32,000 bases of DNA from NCBI RefSeq assembly GCF_000270205.1, contig NC_015913.1, positions 210,001-242,000 of the forward strand. The letters are read 5' to 3'. The notes below the pieces were generated by a model. It searched no databases and was not told the DNA's origin. It saw nothing but the letters and a program-made list of their open reading frames with translations. Both the position numbers and the translations under genes were made by a program. The stretch is from Candidatus Arthromitus sp. SFB-mouse-Japan. Its GTDB lineage: Bacteria > Bacillota > Clostridia > Clostridiales > Clostridiaceae. Of this stretch, positions 27,447 through 32,000 are shown piece after piece (the stretch's first letter is position 1; each line of letters begins with the position of its first letter).

Positions 27447-28163
27447 GTCATTCCAAAAATTTGATCCACAACATTGGTTGTTTGAACAAGTTCCACTTTG
27501 AGGTTGAGTGTTACAAACATTTTGTATATATCCAAAGTTTTGAGTTGGATAACCATCTTGAAGTTCTTGAACGTTAGAGTATCCAGTGTTGCAGCATCCA
27601 TCAGTGTTTGTAGTATTACAAGTACTGCAGTTATTATATACTCTGTTTTGGTTAAATGATGAAGTTTCACTACCTAAATACTCAACAGTGTATTCGCAAC
27701 AGTTGTTTTGACTAGTATAGGCACAAGAATCCTCAGGATTGTTACAGCAGCATGAATTTCTCGTTTGAGAACATCCCCCTGAAACATAAGGTGTAGAGGA
27801 TATTGGCATTACTGGTTGAGTAGTTTGACATGGCATGCTTGCGACTATTTTATATTTTTTACAACCAGAATTTCTATTTAGGAATAGATTGAATTCATAC
27901 ATTCCTCTGCAGTTTGAAGTTGTATAAGCTATGAGTTTATATTGACATCCGCAATTGCTTTTTTCAAATAATTGAAGATTTGCATAAGGTATAGATAATC
28001 CAGTACAGCTGTTTACAACCTCTCCTGTTATATATAATTTTTTAAATGGATTGATTGGAATGTTAACTCTAACAGTACAACTATTTTGGCTACTTCCTGG
28101 TTCTACATTTATATTAACAGAGTTTGAAATTGTATTTTGAGCAGTATTGCAACAATAAGACAT
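27444..28163 (-). CDS. cysteine-rich protein of unknown function (24 Cys in 239 aa) with a beta-sandwich-like core
   Basis: 720-nt ORF with AGGAGG 7 nt upstream of the ATG and terminators on both sides. There is no signal peptide or TM segment. The composition is non-random (CC/CCC clusters, N/S/T/Q-rich). The two ORF-track entries overlapping it (27371..27577 +, 27392..27670 -) are shorter and lack an SD. Confidence 0.8.
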   Translation of the reverse strand: MSYCCNTAQNTISNSVNINVEPGSSQNSCTVRVNIPINPFKKLYITGEVVNSCTGLSIPYANLQLFEKSNCGCQYKLIAYTTSNCRGMYEFNLFLNRNSGCKKYKIVASMPCQTTQPVMPISSTPYVSGGCSQTRNSCCCNNPEDSCAYTSQNNCCEYTVEYLGSETSSFNQNRVYNNCSTCNTTNTDGCCNTGYSNVQELQDGYPTQNFGYIQNVCNTQPQSGTCSNNQCCGSNFWND

Positions 28164-28344
28164 TTTTAGTCCTCCTAAAGTGTATATATAATATTTTTAT
28201 CAAACTTCCTTATGGAAGTTTTAAATGTTCTTATAGGGTATATTATTCATTTTAAGTAATTTGTGTTAACGGAAAATAAGAAAATATTAAAATTATTTTT
28301 TTAAACATTATTATATTGTTATATATAGAGGTCTTTGTTAATAA

Positions 28345-28373
28345 AAGAGGATGTGCATTTTGCACTTCCTCTT
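28345..28373 (-). terminator. Rho-independent terminator after nadE
   Basis: On the - strand, AAGAGGAAGTGCA-AAA-TGCACATCCTCTT (one mismatch) is followed by TTTTATT. It overlaps the nadE stop by 1 nt and insulates the downstream Cys-rich gene. Confidence 0.75.
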
Positions 28374-30277
28374 TAGTTTATAAAAGAATTATATGAAGAG
28401 TCTGAACTCATCTTAAAATCTCCTCTTGGAGAGAGTGATATTTCAGTTATTTTTGGACCATCAGGCATGGCTGATCTCTTAAATTGATTTTGAAAAAATC
28501 TTTTTATAAAAATATTTAATGAATTTTTTATGATATCGTTAGGATAGATGTCTTTAAATGCATTTAGAGCTAAAAATTCTATTTTATTAAATGAGGCATT
28601 GTGTTTCATAAAGTGGTATATGAAAAAGTCATGTAATTCATATGGACCTACGATGTTCTCAGTTTCTTGTAAAATTTTATCATTGCTATCTGTAGGAAGA
28701 AGTTCTGGTGATATCGGAGTGTTTATGATATCTATGAGTATTTTTTTTATATTGTCAGATATTGGATAATTTTCATAATAATGTTTTAATAAATGTTTTA
28801 TTAATGTTTTTGGAATAGATGAATTTATGTTGTACATACTCATGTGATCTCCATTATAGGTCGAAAATCCCAAAGCTATTTCAGATAGATCTCCTGTACC
28901 TAAAAGTATTGCACCTTCTTTATTTGATAAATCCATGAGAATTTGTGTTCTTTCTCTTGCCTGTGAATTTTCGTAAGTTATATCAAAAATATTTTCATTA
29001 TGATTAATATCTTTAAAGTGTTGTTTAACTGATTTTGTTATATCTATAGATTTTAATGTAACATTTAATTCTTTGCATAGATTTATTGCGTTATTTTTAG
29101 TTTTATTTGATGTTCCAAATCCTGGCATTGTCACAGCTATTATATTTTTGATATCTATGTTCATGAGATTAAATGCGTTATATGATGATATAAGTGCAAG
29201 GGTTGAGTCTAATCCCCCACTTATTCCAAGTATAATTTTATAACTATTTATGTGAGACAATCTCTTTTCAAGTGAGCATTTTTGCATAATAAATATCTCT
29301 TCAAATAATTCTTTATTCTTTTCATGATTCTCATATATAAACGGGTTTAATTTTATTTTTTTATCAAATTCTCCATATGAAATATCGTCAAATGGGATAT
29401 TAATTATTTTAATATCTCGCTTGTAATATTTAAATGAATCTCTAAATGTTATGTTATTAATTCTACTAGTGTTTAGGTATTCTATATCTATTAATCCTGA
29501 GCATACAGTGTTCTCAAATAAAAATCTATTACTTTCTTTAATTAGCTCACCATTTTCATATATGGCGTTATAAGATGAAAATACAATATCTGTTGTTGAT
29601 TCAGATGGGCTTGAATTTGCATATATGTATGCTGCATTTATTTTGTAACTATGATATTTAATCAGGTTTTTTCTATATTCATGTTTGAAGCTTGTTTCAT
29701 TTGATGCAGATAGATTACATATTATGTTTGCTCCATTTATTGCAAGATATGAGCTATTTGGTATTGGAGCCCATAGATCCTCGCAAATTTCAATTCCTAT
29801 TTTAATATCTTTATAACAAAATAAAATATCGGTTCCGAAGTATGTTTTATCGCCCATGAATGAAACTTCTATGCATTTTATAAAGCCTTCTGAAAAATAT
29901 CTTTTTTCATAAAATTCTTGATAGTTTGGGAGATATGTTTTTGGGATAATACCGAGAATTCTTCCTTTGTGTACCACAAATGCTGAGTTGAAGAGCAAAT
30001 TATTGTATTCAAAAATGCTTCCAATAATAATTAAAATATCCTTATTATTTGAAAAATCTAAGATTTCTTTGATACCTTCATAGCTTTTTTCGAGAGTAGT
30101 TCTTTTTAGGAACATATCAAAACAAGAGTAGGATGTTATTGAGAGCTCTGGGAATACAATGAGTTTTGATTTATCATTTAATGCTTTATTTATGCATTTT
30201 TTAATATTTGACACATTGTGAGAAATATCGCATACCTTTGTATTTATACTCGATGCACTAACTCTTAAAAAATTCAT
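28373..30277 (-). CDS. nadE: glutamine-dependent NAD(+) synthetase (long form with N-terminal CN-hydrolase domain)
   Basis: 634 aa. The nitrilase-type triad context is present (VFPELSITSY, GIEICEDLWAP). C-terminal synthetase domain has the PP-loop GISGGLDSTLAL. AAGGAG SD. Confidence 0.9.
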   Translation of the reverse strand: MNFLRVSASSINTKVCDISHNVSNIKKCINKALNDKSKLIVFPELSITSYSCFDMFLKRTTLEKSYEGIKEILDFSNNKDILIIIGSIFEYNNLLFNSAFVVHKGRILGIIPKTYLPNYQEFYEKRYFSEGFIKCIEVSFMGDKTYFGTDILFCYKDIKIGIEICEDLWAPIPNSSYLAINGANIICNLSASNETSFKHEYRKNLIKYHSYKINAAYIYANSSPSESTTDIVFSSYNAIYENGELIKESNRFLFENTVCSGLIDIEYLNTSRINNITFRDSFKYYKRDIKIINIPFDDISYGEFDKKIKLNPFIYENHEKNKELFEEIFIMQKCSLEKRLSHINSYKIILGISGGLDSTLALISSYNAFNLMNIDIKNIIAVTMPGFGTSNKTKNNAINLCKELNVTLKSIDITKSVKQHFKDINHNENIFDITYENSQARERTQILMDLSNKEGAILLGTGDLSEIALGFSTYNGDHMSMYNINSSIPKTLIKHLLKHYYENYPISDNIKKILIDIINTPISPELLPTDSNDKILQETENIVGPYELHDFFIYHFMKHNASFNKIEFLALNAFKDIYPNDIIKNSLNIFIKRFFQNQFKRSAMPDGPKITEISLSPRGDFKMSSDSSYNSFIN

Positions 30278-30361
30278 TTAATTCACTCCTTGAAATTAAA
30301 ATATATAGTTTTTATACTAAATTGTATAGGGATAAATTTTGTATAGGTCAGGGGTATTTTT

Positions 30362-31057
30362 GTGGATTTGTTGAAGGAATTTGATATTTTAAAGGTTAAA
30401 GAGAAGTTCAGGGAAATTATATTAAGAGAAAGTCAGCATGAATATTTTAAAAGATTGATGAGTGATTTAAAAGATGAATATGAAAATAATACTATTTTCC
30501 CTAAAAAGAGTGACGTGTTTAATGCATTTAAATATAGGGATTTTCATGAGATAAAGTGTGTAATAATTGGGCAAGATCCTTACTATAAGAAAAATGAAGC
30601 ACATGGATTATCTTTCTCTATTTGTGATAAAGATATAAAAATACCGAGTTCGCTTAGAAATATTTTTAAGGAGCTTGAATATGATTTGGGAATAAGTATA
30701 CCATGTCATGGGGATTTAAGTTCGTGGTGTGAAAATGGTGTACTACTTTTAAATTCTGTATTAACTGTACGAGAAGGATTCCCAAATTCTCATAAAGATA
30801 TAGGGTGGAGTATATTTACAGATAGTATTATAAAAAATTTATGTAAAAATAGGAGTAATTTAGTTTTTATTTTATGGGGTAATTTTGCTAGGAAAAAAGA
30901 AAAATTAATAGATAAAAATAGACATTTAATAATAAAATCATCCCATCCTAGTGGACTTTCAGCTCATAAGGGTTTTTTTACATCAAAACCATTTTCAAAG
31001 ACTAACGATTATTTAAAAGATCACTTAGTAGGTGAAATTGATTGGAAGATAAATTGA
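30362..31057 (+). CDS. ung: uracil-DNA glycosylase (family 1)
   Basis: Motif A GQDPYYKKNEAHGLSFS (canonical GQDPYH), LLLNSVLTV, and motif B SSHPSGLSA (canonical HPSPLS). GTG start. It is divergent from nadE. Confidence 0.9.
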   Translation: MDLLKEFDILKVKEKFREIILRESQHEYFKRLMSDLKDEYENNTIFPKKSDVFNAFKYRDFHEIKCVIIGQDPYYKKNEAHGLSFSICDKDIKIPSSLRNIFKELEYDLGISIPCHGDLSSWCENGVLLLNSVLTVREGFPNSHKDIGWSIFTDSIIKNLCKNRSNLVFILWGNFARKKEKLIDKNRHLIIKSSHPSGLSAHKGFFTSKPFSKTNDYLKDHLVGEIDWKIN

Positions 31058-31125
31058 AATTTAAATTATAGAAAATACTTTTGATGAAATAATATAAAAA
31101 ATATTATTGGGAGATATGATTTTAA

Positions 31126-32000
31126 GTGGAAAATTTATATTTAGAAGTTAATTTATATAATATAGATAAAAATATTGGTATAATTAGGAATATTTTGGGG
31201 AATAAAAAATTTATAGCAGTTGTTAAGGGGGATGCATATGGGCTTGGGATCCATAAAATATGCGATTTTATTAAGGAAAAGGTAGATTTATTTGGTGTTT
31301 CAGATATTGATGAAGCTATAACGCTTTATAATATAGGGATTGAAAATGAAATTTTAATACTAACTCCAATTATTATGAAGGAATATTTTAAAAATCCGCT
31401 AATAGAAAAGTTTACTGTAACTATAGATAATAGGGAAATTTTAGATTTTATACCTAAGGAATTAAATATAAATGCACATATATATGTATGCACTGGGATG
31501 AATAGAAAAGGAATAAAGATTGAAGAATTAAATGAATTTATAAGATATGTAGAAAATAATTATAATAATATAAATATAACTGGTATATATACCCATTTAC
31601 ATAATGCAAAAGATGAAAAATATACATTAAATCAGATAGATATGTTTAAAAATGCTGTTTTAAAATATAAGGGGAAGTATTTAATACATGTTTTAAATTC
31701 AAAGGGATTTATAAATAAAAATATCAGGGAGAGGGCAGATTTTTGCGATGGAATAAGAATTGGAAATTTAATATATGGATATGATGGATCGAGTTTAGGA
31801 ATATCTAAGAGTTTTAACTATTATTCAAAAGTTATATCTTCTTATATGGTTAAAAAGGGCGAATATGTAGGATATGGGAATAAGGTTAAGTTAAAAGATG
31901 ATACAAATGTGTGCATACTTGGTATTGGAAATATACACCATATAGGATTTTATAGAGAATTTAAGAGGAATTTTATATATGATTTATTAAAATTTGTATA
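31126..32000 (+). CDS. alr: alanine racemase, N-terminal part (3' end lies outside the window)
   Basis: Absent from the ORF track because it has no stop in the window. I translated frame 1 from GTG 31126 (in-frame TAA at 31123-31125) to the window end without meeting a stop. PLP-lysine motif AVVKGDAYGLG, CTGMNRKG and GIYTHL. Confidence 0.85.
   Translation, partial: MENLYLEVNLYNIDKNIGIIRNILGNKKFIAVVKGDAYGLGIHKICDFIKEKVDLFGVSDIDEAITLYNIGIENEILILTPIIMKEYFKNPLIEKFTVTIDNREILDFIPKELNINAHIYVCTGMNRKGIKIEELNEFIRYVENNYNNINITGIYTHLHNAKDEKYTLNQIDMFKNAVLKYKGKYLIHVLNSKGFINKNIRERADFCDGIRIGNLIYGYDGSSLGISKSFNYYSKVISSYMVKKGEYVGYGNKVKLKDDTNVCILGIGNIHHIGFYREFKRNFIYDLLKFV

Noticed and set aside
18897-28769. Other antisense or alternate-frame ORFs (18897..19223, 21229..21426, 22387..22569, 23019..23201, 23751..23948, 25470..25694, 26517..26753, 27371..27577, 27392..27670, 28548..28769)
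   Set aside because: Each overlaps a better-supported gene (DUF4097, mtlA/R/D, MATE, the Cys-rich gene, nadE). None has a ribosome-binding site or family signature.

Overview
Very AT-rich, low-GC Firmicute (Clostridia-like) chromosomal segment, densely coding and mostly on the + strand. The left third is a housekeeping block: the 3' end of pgk, tpiA, gpmI and eno with a strong terminator; then aroE, aroQ, a chorismate mutase::shikimate kinase fusion and secG; then rnr, smpB and the tmRNA gene ssrA with its own promoter and terminator. Directly 3' of ssrA lies a 5.76-kb gene for a 1918-aa secreted protein. It has about 11 divergent FN3-like modules and a C-terminal DUF4214-like domain, but no wall anchor that I recognise. 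Next come an APC-family permease, a RibD_C/DHFR-like protein, a GNAT-like protein and a membrane-anchored DUF4097 protein. A mannitol PTS operon follows, mtlA(EIICBA)-mtlR-mtlD, preceded by a palindrome-rich control region. After it come a CwlD-like amidase, a MATE exporter and an orphan ArsR-family regulator. Convergent with that regulator is a monocistronic gene for a 239-aa protein with 24 cysteines and no family I recognise. This is the most unusual object in the window. The right end holds glutamine-dependent NAD synthetase (- strand), ung and the 5' part of alanine racemase. I saw no rRNA, tRNA, CRISPR array, transposase, integrase or recognisable defence system. All functional calls rest on motif recognition in the supplied translations, and no database search was possible. 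Start codons were refined by Shine-Dalgarno spacing and may differ from the ORF track by a few codons.
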